A DNA stretch of 64,000 bases from Paraphysomonas bandaiensis. Its lineage: Eukaryota; Protista; Chrysophyceae. Shown piece by piece: positions 12,968 to 25,922 of this stretch. Where the stretch lies: the NCBI GenBank assembly GCA_965644295.1, contig CBFFRP010000406.1, positions 378,275 through 442,274 of the forward strand, read 5' to 3'. Under the pieces are notes generated by a model that worked only from the letters and a program-made list of their open reading frames with translations, did not search any database and was not told where the DNA came from. The position numbers and the translations under genes were made by a program. Position 1 is the first letter of the stretch, and each line of letters starts with the position of its first letter.

Positions 12968-15900
12968 TTACACAAGGTTAATCTTAAATTTCGCTGGACC
13001 GGGTTTACCAGTTGACGATCCTTTGGAACTAGTTTTGGTACCCTTCCGCACCATGTCAATATTTTTCGAGAGGCGGTTGGAAGACATTGATGGAAGTGGA
13101 GCTACAATGGATGTGTAAACTTGATTAGCCAATGAAAGCGTCGCTTGGGAAGTTTCATAGGCTGAAGGGTCTCCGCCATCCACATCACATACCTACCAAT
13201 GAAATTAAAAGACGCCGACACATATATGCCAAAGATAGTGTACGTCGAAAATATACACACATGTTCATATATTTCTAATCTTATAGATATTATATCACTA
13301 CGCCCGAACGTACCAAAGCCATTTTGCCACTGGTCGATAAGCACGGTTGCAATACATATGTCAATTTGGTATTACGGTACGGAATATGAGCTTGTCGTTT
13401 GCTGATAGCATTGAAAATGTCCAAAAAACACTGCAGGCTTCTAGATTGCGAGATTTTTTCCACACCACCCAAGTGCCCCAAAGTAAAGTGACCAGAAACG
13501 TTTTCGGAACCCCTTGTGCCTGTGATGTGAAGAGCAAAAAGGAAATGCGCAACGGATTCAGAACTCTGAGAAGTAAAACCATTGCGGACTTGGCTTGCTA
13601 TCGCGGATATCTAAAAAATAAAATAAGAGCAAACCAATCTTTATACGTATATTTCAATTGTAAACTATAGTGTCGATGAATGCGTGTGCGTATCCCAATG
13701 TAATGATTTCAACCTGTTCATTATCTCGAAGATTTAAGGTAATTTTGGTAATATTGGTGATCGACACACTACCATCTGCATTCTTCTTAATCTCGTGTGC
13801 ACTATCGTTCCCCATATTTCCACCAAACATGTCCTATAATTCAGAAATCTTAAAAATCGTGTCTAGTACATTTATTCCCTTCGCATTGGCATGTCACACT
13901 AGAGGTGTACACGCTATGTACTTTTCATTCGTACTACCATAAACATCTACATATATACCTGAATTACTTCTTCGTGTATCCTAATAAAACTCACATGGGC
14001 TTCATACATTGCCCCGCTGTCGACACTTCGCAGTTTACCTACACAGAACAGCAGGATAAGGACAATACGCAACCAATCATGTTAACATATCAACTAGAGA
14101 CTGAAAATATTGAATCTTCATATCCAAAATGGTTTTGAATATATTGGGAAGAGCATGTATACATATACAATACTACTACATTGTACATGCGCAGCTCACC
14201 AATTGCAGTGTCCAGTAATATGTATAGCAACCCGGAGTCAGGGCTCTTAGAAGTTCCAAATATTATGTCTGCGCGCTTAGAGCTGGTCTGTTCATTCCAT
14301 TAGTAAGGGTTTCTATTATTTTTTACATAGCTCGTTTGTAGTATTAAGCATGACAAAGAACTCACCTGGCCACATGAGAGCACAGCCGCATGATGACCAG
14401 AAATTGAATGATCGAGGCACTCATCCAATGATACGGCAAGTTGAGACGGTAAGTCTAACTCATTCGCATTCAACACCTGTCAAAGAGATATGTTAAACTA
14501 CATATAAAATTCGAATATGCACGAATAATATATATACACTATCATGTGTATTGCAGTTCATACATAGTATTAAGAAAGTGCAATGTACACCTTATCATAT
14601 ATAAACTTATGCACAGCTTGTTCCGATGCTCCATTAGTAGCCTCGCCTGTATCTATACTTCCACTAGCAGTTACTTTGAGAGACATACCATCACTCAATA
14701 GCTTCATAAAGGGAATAGCTTCAGAAGTGCGCGATGACTTCGATACCGCAGCATCTGTGTAACCAGAAATGAAATCAGAAACAAACACATAGTAGACTAT
14801 ACTGAAGTATAATATTCCGATGTTATATTAACAGTATAGTGAGTCAAAGCTGCTACAATATTCGAATAGGCAACATATTGCAGTGCGTAAGTCATTCAAA
14901 TAGGCACCATACATACCTCTGACACAAACATACACCCTTATCCAGTACATAGCATTTCCTCGCGCCTCGTTGAGGGATATTTGCGCCTTTCTGGTCTCCG
15001 CTTGCCATTCCACAATAGTATTTTCTAACTCCCACAATGCTGACTTTGGTGTGCTTGCTGATGCGGTAGCCATTCGTCCAGAGCGGTATTCATCGAGTTG
15101 CTTCTCTAACTTCGATTTCTCAACGACCACTTCCTCAAGTTGCCTTCTAGAAAGCTCCATCTCTTCTTCAACCTATATAATGAGCTGAATTAGCATGCAA
15201 AAGTAGAAGCCACAGAGTATAACCACTGTACTACGCACCTGTTCCGACAGTTTGTTCCACTCCGCTTCAGCGGCAAGTCTATTTTGCTGCTCCTGTCGTG
15301 CTCTTTCCTCAGCCTCTTTTCTCAAACTTTTCTCCACTACATATATAATGGATCAATATTTTCATTGGTATATGCAGAATCACACACGAGCGATAATTTT
15401 TTTCCTCACCTTCATCTCCACTTTTTTCGTCTAACAACTTCCTCAACATCTCAATTTCCTTACTTTGTCTGGATAACTGCTCATTCTTCCGATGTATTTC
15501 ATCGTATAATCCCTGCATCACTTTTTCCATTGCTTGGATGTCGTTGGAAGAACCAGGGGCTAAGTTGACATCATGTGTAGAGCCGCTTTGCTCCAGACGA
15601 CTTTTTAAGTTGGAGTTTTCAGCTTTCAAATCTTTGAGCTTTTTCCTCGTCTCACTACAAGAAAAGCGTTTAGAATACGAATACAGTACCACAGAGTTTA
15701 TCATGGAGTGCACATCAATATGTTATATTCCACAAAACTATGGCAGTACCTCAACTCTTCCCACAGAGAGTTCGTTCTCTTCGCATCCATGTTCATCTGC
15801 GCCAGTTCTTCTCCTGACCCTCCGAGCATACTACTTAGCTCCTTCAATTCCAACGCCTGCTCCTGCATAAGTACACGAAAACAAGAGTAATCAAACAATG

Positions 15901-16763
15901 GTAAGTGCAGTCCATATGAGGGATTATAAATTTTATAGACAAGACATGAACAATGGTAAGTCAACATTAGTTTTATCCACGCTAGTGATCCCAGTTGCAC
16001 ATTTGCTACCTGTATCTTCTTTTCTTTGGCTTCTACTTCAGCTTTGAAGGCTCTCCGCTCCTTGTCTTTGGCAGCCAATCTCAGTTTCATAACCCTAAAT
16101 ATAAAGCGGTTACATTAAAATAACATTTCTTGAATCAATAGATCTATCTTACTTCAGATCATCCTCTAACTTATCAGCACGCGAAGACGAGTCCTCTAAA
16201 TGAGCCGACTTCTGCTGTAATTGGAACAAAATATTCATACTTTGCTGTAGCTCTTGAGATGCCGTTATTGTGGCATCCTTGTAGCGCTCTTCGATCAAGA
16301 CACATTTCTCCCGCAAAGTGATAATTTCTTCCGACTGTGTTTTGAGAACAGTCTTCAGCTCCTGAATCAAAGGGTTCTGATTGCTAGTATCAGCTAGATT
16401 ACGCTGCGAAGCCATACTGCTTGAAGCAGTGGCACTCGAACTACCCAGAATCTTTTGTATATCATCCTGAGAATATGAAAAATGGTTCTCAAACAAATCG
16501 TCGAGTTTATTGTAACCGGATTTCAAATTTCGCGCAGATGAAGCACTCGGCAAATGTCTATTCGAAGTTGCCAAGTGTCGAGGAGAGCTCCTTCGAGGGG
16601 AGGCCGACCGAGTTAATGAATTCGAGCTACGCCCTACACTGGTTAAATTATTCGTCGACCGACTAAACAACGATGATCGGGAATTGCGGGTTTTAGACAT
16701 GGCAGAAGGGGGGTCCTGCAGCATCTCTTGCTCCACCTGAAGCTTTCGCATGTTGCTTGCCAT
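12968..16763 (-). CDS. Kinesin-14-like protein (disordered N-terminal tail, coiled coil, C-terminal motor-homology domain) with degenerate nucleotide-binding motifs; multi-exon
   Basis: Neck LNEARGNAMYWIR resembles kinesin-14 LxELKGNIRVxxR. HIPYRNTKLTYVLQPCL and ETSQATLSLANQV are present. P-loop position reads CGQ|TSSKRADIIFG, switch I SESVAH, switch II HLGGVE. Confidence 0.8.
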
Positions 16764-17302
16764 AACTAATAATTAAATTACAAATATAACCCCATTATAA
16801 TAGATATCTAAAACATATTGTCTTAACAGCACTCAGATGACCATATATTAATAAAGCTACATGGTAGCATCATTAATTCCGGTCATTGATTTACCGCAAG
16901 CAGCCTCACAGTATAACTCTCGTCAGAATCTTATCATTAAAAGCTGCACTCCGGCTGCTGTATATGCATATATCGACGTACAAAAATCAAGAAAAAAAAT
17001 CAACACTCTGAGACAAAATGAGAAGAGGGGATCCAGTCTCCCACTTCAAATAGGCCTTCACCACTGGGGTATCTTGTGAGGCCAGTTTTGGCAAACTGAA
17101 TTTTTTGCGAAACTGCTTTGTTTTATATAAGATTTCAGCAAGTAACACGAACGCACAGTTGCGGCGTGGTAGCTCTAAGATTATATACTGACAGGCAGTG
17201 TCCAAACTTGTGGTATAAACCAAAGCTAGATAGTGTATGCATGCTCAGCTCATTATAACGCCTGTTTATTAAATATTGCGATTTGGTCTGCCATAAACTG
17301 AC

Positions 17303-18553
17303 ATGAACGAAGGCGATTTCTACTCCTCTAAGGTAAGCGACGAATTAGTAGCTGTGTGGTATTTTGTGTTACACTCATTGACGTCGACTCTTATGACGCA
17401 TTTACTGTATCTTGTAGCGTGCGTTTCCCCTGGACTCTCGTACTGTATGGGTCGAGCAGCAACTTTGTCAGTCCGTTGTTCTTCCTCGTGATAATTTATA
17501 TCTTGGCCCCGGCGAATATGACCCAATTATTCCATCAGAACATATTACATCACCAGTCATGAGGCCTCCCACCACAGCAGATGATTTTCATCCCTATAGA
17601 GGCTCCTTATCTGGTATTTTACAATTACATAGAGATAGTTACATATGGGTCTTTACTTCTATCTTTTTGTACCATTTTTCTTATGGAGCTGGACTCCAAT
17701 TTACTCGACTTAGACTTTAATACAATATAAGCGTCATGATGTTCTTTTTCGCTCGGTTATGCTTATTGTGAATGCTATTGCGTAATTGTTATGATATGTG
17801 ACTTCACTCAGCTCTGTTTTATATGTATACAATTTAGAACCATACTAATTGGAAACTATCACAGGAACCCGTCGTCGAAGAGGAAAAGAGAAGCGACCCT
17901 ACACTATGTCAAGTGATAATGGAGGCTTATCGTGCACACGTTCAGAGTTTGCTTCCATTTTCCACGACCACGACAAGCGTGTTCCAATAGACCCTTCGAG
18001 AAGATATTTTATATCACAGACACCTCTCCTCCCACCTGACCCATTCCTTTCTAAAAAGAATTTTCACGATGGACCACACCGGCCGGTGACAGTGAAAATA
18101 GCTCAAGCCAAGTACCAGCGTCCTCCTACAGTTGAAGCCGGGCCAGATTATGAACCGATGTATAACTCCAAACAAATACGTAGCGTTCCTAAACTTGGAA
18201 AGATGCCGAAAGCTAAGCGACCTGAAGCATTTCCTCCTCCTCCAGATTTCTCACTTCGCGAAGAAGAACTGGCTGCCCGATCGAAACAGATACAGAAACT
18301 TCCCTCCCATTCACAAGGCAGCAGTGTTCGTCCAGCTCCAGCCAAATTGAGATCTAGTCGTAGCATTCCCAAGTTTGATGCAACTTGCTACGAGAAGCAG
18401 CGCAAGGCAGCCCCACCCGACTTAACTCCGTCGTTTGTTAATCGCCAAGCCAAAGTGGGTATATTTGGTAAAGTAACACTAAAGCCTCAGAGTTATCAGT
18501 CGACGTTTGTTCCGTCAGCATTGGGGGTACGATTGAAGAGAAATTCTATGTAA
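17303..18553 (+). CDS. Basic proline-rich protein with SHIPPO/ODF3-like PGxY motif(s), probably ciliary; three exons
   Basis: Exons splice in frame: MNEGDFYSSK|RAFPLDSR...YLGPGEYDP...SLS|GTRRRRGKEK... joining ORF 17849-18553, which has a second motif AGPDYEP. Confidence 0.55.
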
Positions 18554-18899
18554 ATAAAATATGAGTAATCTGTGTGCGTGGTGATGAAATACTATAGAAT
18601 ATTTCTTTCTTTTACAATGTATATGACGAGTCCGTAATTAAGTGGTGAAGGTATAGTCTGTTAACTCTATAGGTGATAGCAAGCCAGCAAGTTCATCGTC
18701 GTATGTAGCAGATACGTTGATATACCGTTATACACCATGTGTGAAGTGCAAGAGCTGACAACTATAAACATGCCAAGTGCCAACCCATTTGCAAAATTGC
18801 TAGTGCTAAAACGGGGAAGAGAGTTTCCTTCGGAAAGAAATGTAATACGATATATGTAAAATGATATGACATCACATGGTTCGTAAATTGTTAAGTATA

Positions 18900-18955
18900 T
18901 AACTTACTTCTATTCACACTTAGTAGCAACTTACTATACTTCACTTACTATTATA
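18900..18955. repeat. Dispersed AT-rich repeat, second copy at about 53800-53855; possible old LTR fragment
   Basis: acttacttctattcacacttagtaRcaacttactatacttcacttact occurs in both places. Confidence 0.7.
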
Positions 18956-19868
18956 TATCTATAACTTTGGTATAAACAGTTTACAATTGAGCTCACAATC
19001 TCACAACGCAATAAAAAGTTGAAAAAATATATAAGTTTCAAAAAACTAATATGAGATTACTAACAAACTTAGATGTGAATACAAGATAATTTTAAAAAAA
19101 TACATATTTATTATTATATATCTGGTATTCACTTCATGTTTGTTAATCTTTGGATAATATCAACACTTTCAAAATCGGATAACATATTATTTCTTCCAAC
19201 ATGTTAAATATCCGATTAGGCTACTCCCTTTTTAATAGCACTGCTCACAGCCACTTTCTCACCAGTGATACTCTGTCCTGTCCTGGCATATTGCAGTATC
19301 TTGCTCCCTCGGCAAACCACTCCACTGAAATTCCGAATATAACCTCGTAACTTCACACAGCTGTTTTCATTTTCGCCAAACAAAAGTATTGTTAGTAAGC
19401 GTACAGATTGCGTGCTATGTGAATGAGCGATGAGATTAATACAACTGACACACAGCTGTACACGTGTACATCAGCCCAAAAGCTGTGATGACAGATATGT
19501 TGGTGCTCAATTCCACACCTCGCAGATCCTGATGACTGGAAGTTGGGGCTATGATACACATGATTCCAATTTTCGTCATATGGATATGTGGTGCCTGCGG
19601 ACCAACACTGCCTGTATGGTATCCTCCTGTGCATATCTATAGGAATACCTACTCCTGTGTACGTATGTCATGTTCAGAAAAGCTTGGAAATCCTTGTTTT
19701 TATGTTCCATTCTCTTGAAAATATAGAGCCAGAACGGTAGTTAGCACTGTATTAGCAATTGTATTCACATCTCCACATCACTCCTGCCACAGTCGTGTGC
19801 TGGGAGTTGGTTCTATTCATATCAGTCTACATTTTAATCTAATCGCCGAACTCATCAGAAATATTAAT

Positions 19869-21515
19869 ATGCAATACGCTTTTCGTCCAGGTGGTGCTAC
19901 TCGCGACGATGCCGTACCGGTGATTGCTGTTCCTATGTAATTGTTGTTTATATTAATATTATATATAGCCTTTAGTCTCATTTAAAGCGGGAAAATGCAT
20001 CCTCGAGCAACAGCCCGAAGGTGATTTTCTCGTCACTCCTGACCGTAGTTCAGGCACTATCGTTTTGAAAAAAGGGAATGATAATTTAATGCATTTCAAG
20101 TGGTTAGACAGGTCAACCGGCGTTCCGGTCGATGACTTCCTCGTCTTCCCCGGGGAGGTGCAATTTAAACGAGTCCGCACCGGCAAGTCGTCGGATCGCG
20201 TGTATGTGCTTAAATGGCGTGCTGGTGACCGTCGGTTACTGTTCTGGATGCAAGATAAAGATTCCAGTGAGGACACGGAAAATGCCAAAAAAATAAATAC
20301 CTTTATCAACGATCCCAATGCCCAACAAGAAAGCGGTGCAAGTGCCTCCGGAAGAAACAATTTCATGTCTCAAATGCTCAGGTAAGGCGCTTCAATTTCA
20401 AATTTGATAGTATAGTTATATATCTCGATTATCTGATCCCCGTGCTTACTTTTCCCTACTTCGTTGATGTAATTGTGGGTACATGCAGAATGAACCAGCC
20501 CCAGTCTTCTGGAAGCCAGCCGCAACATTCCAATGTATTTGGACTGGATTTCGGACGTATCATGCAGGACATCCAAACTGGTCAAAGTGGTGTCCCCAAC
20601 GCTGCAGGCAGTAGTAGTAACACCTCTAGAGGAGGGCAAGATGGAATGGGCACTGCTACTCCACAAACACCACAACAGTGAGTAGAATACGCAATATGCT
20701 ATGAATTATACTATATAGGTTGTAGTGTGTCGTGTACCCTGTCATATTTGCCCTTACCTTTTGCTTATGGGGCACGCTACTTTTATTGTGCGCACCATCT
20801 AAGTAGTTGCTCTGATATTACTATCTAAGCACTCTTGCGCAGAGCCAGCAGTTCTGGCGTGCTTTCTGCCGAAGCTTTACAGCAAGCTATGGCAGGTATA
20901 AGTACCGGTCAATCCGATACTGGCAATCAGTCTGCACCTACTGATATTCGTCGGGTATTGAATGCTGAGGCGGTAATTAACACAGGGATTCTCGACGACC
21001 CTGAAGGTACACAATGTACTGTATTAGTGTACCCTGTATGATGTCACTTTATACGGTACTATTACTCGTTTCATTATAAACCTAGCCAATTCACGTGGTT
21101 TACTAATAACTCTAATATTATCGCAGTTCGTCGAACTCTAATTTCATATTTGCCTGAGTCACAGCAGTCCGACGCTGCACTTATGGAAAATCTGCGCAGC
21201 CCTCAATTTCAGCAGGCGCTCGACTCTCTCAGCAATGCGCTGCAGTCAGAAAACTTTAACACTGTTATGGCCAACATGGGGATCGACCCAGCTCCAGGGA
21301 TGGACCACCTGGTATGTCGTATAAATACTGCTTCGTACATAATAATATGACATTTGACTGTACTATACGTAATCATATGTGTATAGATGAGAGGTGATGC
21401 AATTGGAGCGTTTCTTGCAGCTGCAAACGCAGTCAACCGAAACCAAACAGAGGATTCCACGAATACTAATACAGCTGATGGTGACTCTGAGACCAAAATG
21501 GACGAATCGAATTAA
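19869..21515 (+). CDS. RPN13: Proteasomal ubiquitin receptor Rpn13/ADRM1, multi-exon
   Basis: Pru domain LVSFKAGK...VTPD...MHFKWLDR...DDFLVFPGE...RVYVLKW...LFWMQD, and C-terminal DEUBAD-like LPESQQSDAALMENLRSPQFQQALDSLSNALQS. Ends MDESN-stop. Confidence 0.95.
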
Positions 21516-23408
21516 ATGAGTGCGTGGTCTGGCTAGTGCGTAGAGACTGCTTGCTGCTAATAAATACTTATCATTGATTTCATTTTATACTATGTAACAA
21601 GCTACGCACTGTGTTATCATTTTATATATATTTAACACTATCAATGGACGGATTGTTGATAGGATCACCTTTCAACAAATTTATGGCTAAATTAACTATT
21701 CAGTGAGAGATAGTAAAAGATATTGAGATGAAGAGAAGACTTACTACCTAAAGAATAAAGCCTAATACGTAATAGGATGATAGTGAGACACAACTGCAAG
21801 GAGCATTTATTAAGATTCATTTATTCACAGATATCTCATAACGCGTGAATACAAAATGCAATATCTATATACTATATACAATGAAATATCATTTGACTGA
21901 ATAATTACCAGACTATATAAAATACGCGACTGTAAAAGTTAAGCTAATGTGTGTAGTGCAAACGCCATGTTCAAACGTGTCTTGTCATCATACTATTAGG
22001 TCTTATCCTTCATGTGAAGTTTATATAATCAATCCTTTTCTTGTAATTATACGAAGTGTATCTTTAATTAAATACTAAGACTAGCTCTAAATCTTATTTG
22101 CACTGGGTCCAATCACGTACCAGCATATCTTGTATAGTCACGTATCTTATTGTAAAGATAACACTTCTCGTGAAACGCCAACTCTATAATACCCGATCAT
22201 TTTACGTATGTGATGTATTGCCCTCCTAGGAAGCCCCCTGACTCACCAAAAGTGTCTTTTATAACGAGAAATAAGCAACTTTTTAAAACAACATCATTCT
22301 CAAACATAACAATCATAATATATTTATCATATATAACGTAGTTTATTTCGAATAAATTGCGAAAATCAATCAGAAAGCACCAAGCAAGGAAACCCAAGCA
22401 GAGAGCAGTGCTTAATGCAATTCAGAAAAGAATTGCCAATATCTCTGACATGTTGAACATGCTTGGTGCTACCAGGAGCATGAATTTCGTAGTTTGAGAA
22501 CGTTTTTGTACTTCGTAGAAAACTGCTCACACGTTCTTTCAGTCATGTATTTGACAAAGACGGTTAGTATTCTACGGGTGACCTCATATATTCAGTTCCC
22601 TCTGATAACAAGAAGTGCTATACAATGATGGCAACAACGAATACTTCCTCGTTCCCCCTTGAACACAATGCCTATATAGTAAACCTCATTGCTCGTATGC
22701 CAAATGATTCCGAAGTTGAAAATCAAGGTGCATGTTTGATGTACACTGGGGTATCTGAGACGTCATGTTCAGTACTCTCCTACAAAGAAAAAGACCACAG
22801 CACCGTAACTGTATTAGAAGTTTCACATGTCTGTTGGCAGGTTACATGTCAAAATCGCTTTGCGGATCTCCTAAAGTTGTCATATTAGAGGTCTCTATGA
22901 CATTACTAATGAGGGACATCAACCTTATAGTCTCACTCAGGAGTTATCCGTACTAGGAGGCACGTCAGTAATAGGCGGCCTAAATTACTACTAGTACGAA
23001 GCTTCGACACACAGCAATGCAATACGACTAAGTTTCACTCACACAGTTTGCTTTAATGATTTCTCAGTAGATGCCTCACCATAATAGAGTCAGTTCTGTT
23101 TAGCAATACTGTACATGGCGCTGGACATGCTCCATCAACGAGTGAAGAAGCAGCTTCAAGATATTCATGATAATAATGCTGAGATCTAGATATTTTTAAA
23201 AAAGGGGTTTCTTACAGGAAGAAAGTGCTAAATCCCTATTTTTTACTAGCCTCCAGTTGAAAAACTCTCCACTTTTGCGCACAGCAGCGATCATTCTCTT
23301 CATGCACAAGTAGCTCCACAGTGTTGCCAGGGACTGTAGCTTCAGCATGAAGTAGAGAGGTGTGCTGTCCTTTATCTCCTTATAAGAACACAGTGATTAT
23401 TAAAACAA

Positions 23409-25922
23409 ATGGCCACTTCATATTCAGACCGATTAAAGAATTTTGCATCCGCGATAATAGCGGAAGACATGAGTGATGGCGTATTGGAGAAGCAACAGCA
23501 GTTGTTTGGACCGTGTGTTAGGAATAAACTGCCTGTAGACACTGTGTCCAAACCAGGAAAATGTATATTCTTTTCTCAATTGATTGAGACGCGTGGAGAT
23601 ATTGGAGTAAAAATTTACAAGAAGTGTTGTGCATGTTATTCGTCTGACTCACAAGACCAGGCTATTTTTGCTTCTTCTGCAGCGTCAGGAACTGGAAAGA
23701 CTCACGGGGTGTACGCAGCTGGAAAGCATATGTTTTCTCTAGTTATAAGAGTCGGAACTTCAAGCGACGAAATTAATGGCGGAGCAGTACTTAGTTCACC
23801 ATGGGAGGAACTTGTCAAAACCATTACAGCTATTAGGGAGTATTACTTGCGTCAAAATGAGGTGGATGGTGTGCCTGTCAGTTTCGAAAAGTGCAAAGAA
23901 TGTGCTCATTATGCGTATACTTGTATTAAGCTGCTAGTTTCTTGCTACATGGCAGTGTCGATTGATGCTCTCCGCTTGGTAACGTCGCCGTCTTTATCAG
24001 AAGCACAACAGAGGGAATTTCTGTTGAGCTTCCACAGAAATTGCATATCCGAGGATTTGGTGCGAGAACGGTTCCTTTGCGAATTGGATTTCCATCGCAA
24101 TTCCTACACCAGTGAATGCCACCTTCTCGATGCTGAGTCTGTGAACAATTTTTGCAATGGGTTGGAGATGAGTTTTAGTCAACAAGTTTTAATCTGCTTT
24201 GATGAAATCCCTGCACTCAAGGACTACTTTCCGAAGCTTTTCATTGACTCTGATACCTATTTGAAGAATGACGAACCTGAGCCCGGAGATGCTAGCATTC
24301 ACAGAGGGCTTTTGTATGCAGTTGCCTGTTGTATGGTGTCTCTATCAAATTCCACGAAATGGTCAATGCTTATGACGGGCACATCATTTTCCTTAACCCA
24401 ATTATCTTGCTCGGGCCAGGGTTTGTCGCCAGTACGTGGGTGTGTGGAGGCGGTTTCCCCTGACAAAATTTTGGATGTGTCGGATATGCAGGCCTTGTTG
24501 CAATATTACTTCAACCTATCCGATGGGACGCTGGAGGATGTTGCTGTTGTGTCTATGCTCAAGAGATGTTGTGGTCGTCCCCATATTTTCGTGAACATTG
24601 TGTTGAAAAGAATCTTCGATACACTTCTTTTTTTGAAATGCAAAGTGGATGAGGTTGGTGTGGAGCTACTATTGGGTTCGTGGACTGATTTTGTCGCAAA
24701 TATGCAAAGCGTATACCAACGTTTGTTTCGCAACTTGCTGAGTATTTCTCCGCGACTGCTCCCTCACGGCAGTAATGGCTCCACGAAGTCTTTGGCGCCT
24801 CTACTTCTTTCAGCACTTCTCTTCAATAAAGGTATTATGAATCTTCCAGATGATGATGTTGTTGCTGAAGCAATTCGTTGCAGTATCATCCCGGTTTCGT
24901 CCTCTATGGGAGGCAAGTGGGTGGATATAACAGCCGAACCTATTGTAGAGGAGGCGTTGCGGAAAGTGCTTGTACAGATGGCTGATGACAAGAAAGAAAT
25001 CATAATGCGTTTGGTTCTGAGTGGAGTAAAATGCCAGGACAAAGGCATCACAGCTGAAACTGCCTTTACCTATTTTTTGGTATTGTGCTCTTTTGTGAAT
25101 ATCCAGAAGCAGCGACCCAATCTATTGTCCGGACTGATCGCCCCCTTTTTCGAAAATATTCATCAGCAACCACCTCAGCTCTCCGCCTTTACTTGTGAGG
25201 TTACCACGTTGGTGGATATGTCTGGTTGGGCAGCGGAGGGAAACTGTTTTCTGCGCAGGTTCGTCAAAGAGGATGGATCGTACGACACCTCTATACTGCT
25301 CGTCAATATTCCTATCACTGCTGGGGTAGATGTAGCGTTTTTGGTTGTAAACAAGAGTGCTCCACTTAACTCTCCACTCCGCACAAGACTAGTTGCTTTG
25401 CAGCTGAAAAACCGTAAGAAGGGTCAACTGAAGTCTGCCTTGTTGACTATTCACTCTGGTACTCAATATATGACGAATAAGCAACGTGAGTATGCGATAC
25501 ACAACGCGACTCGAACTCCCAGAGATGCCGAGGAAGATTGGCTTAATAAATTTCCTAGAAGTGATTCTGGGGGTATCGATTTCTTAGAGTGGAATGATTA
25601 TCAAAACCAGTTCGCAGCAAATCACCCAGTGCTATGTAACAAATGGATTCGAATTGCTGTCTTTGCCCAGCCCATACATGATGCTATTTACAACTTTCTG
25701 CAAGATTTTCCGAGTAGCATTAGTAGCTTATATCGCCAAGTCAATATCGATGAAGGCATTACAGGAAGTACAGTGTCCAATAGCGAGGGAGCGAAGTTAG
25801 ACGATCATAGTGACTACGCAGATGACGAAGAGGAAGAAGTGGACGACCCAGAGGTCAAACGATTGGAGGTTGCGGCGGATAGCAGTCCTGTTGTGGTGCT
25901 GACAATGAACTCCAAGAATTAG
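23409..25922 (+). CDS. Intronless Crinkler (CR)-type P-loop NTPase fused to a C-terminal PD-(D/E)xK restriction-endonuclease-fold domain
   Basis: Walker A AASGTGKT (about 23679-23702), Walker B LICFDE, LMTGTS, CGRPHIF. C-terminal DKGITAE...GVDVAFLV...LVALQLKN fits E...D...QxK. Confidence 0.7.
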   Translation: MATSYSDRLKNFASAIIAEDMSDGVLEKQQQLFGPCVRNKLPVDTVSKPGKCIFFSQLIETRGDIGVKIYKKCCACYSSDSQDQAIFASSAASGTGKTHGVYAAGKHMFSLVIRVGTSSDEINGGAVLSSPWEELVKTITAIREYYLRQNEVDGVPVSFEKCKECAHYAYTCIKLLVSCYMAVSIDALRLVTSPSLSEAQQREFLLSFHRNCISEDLVRERFLCELDFHRNSYTSECHLLDAESVNNFCNGLEMSFSQQVLICFDEIPALKDYFPKLFIDSDTYLKNDEPEPGDASIHRGLLYAVACCMVSLSNSTKWSMLMTGTSFSLTQLSCSGQGLSPVRGCVEAVSPDKILDVSDMQALLQYYFNLSDGTLEDVAVVSMLKRCCGRPHIFVNIVLKRIFDTLLFLKCKVDEVGVELLLGSWTDFVANMQSVYQRLFRNLLSISPRLLPHGSNGSTKSLAPLLLSALLFNKGIMNLPDDDVVAEAIRCSIIPVSSSMGGKWVDITAEPIVEEALRKVLVQMADDKKEIIMRLVLSGVKCQDKGITAETAFTYFLVLCSFVNIQKQRPNLLSGLIAPFFENIHQQPPQLSAFTCEVTTLVDMSGWAAEGNCFLRRFVKEDGSYDTSILLVNIPITAGVDVAFLVVNKSAPLNSPLRTRLVALQLKNRKKGQLKSALLTIHSGTQYMTNKQREYAIHNATRTPRDAEEDWLNKFPRSDSGGIDFLEWNDYQNQFAANHPVLCNKWIRIAVFAQPIHDAIYNFLQDFPSSISSLYRQVNIDEGITGSTVSNSEGAKLDDHSDYADDEEEEVDDPEVKRLEVAADSSPVVVLTMNSKN

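Noticed and set aside
19216-19710. Small minus-strand gene upstream of RPN13
   Set aside because: No consistent splice model or recognisable product.
25920-25922. TAG reassignment (alternative genetic code)
   Set aside because: Other genes such as 8069-9166 end on TAG, and long ORFs contain no internal TAG.
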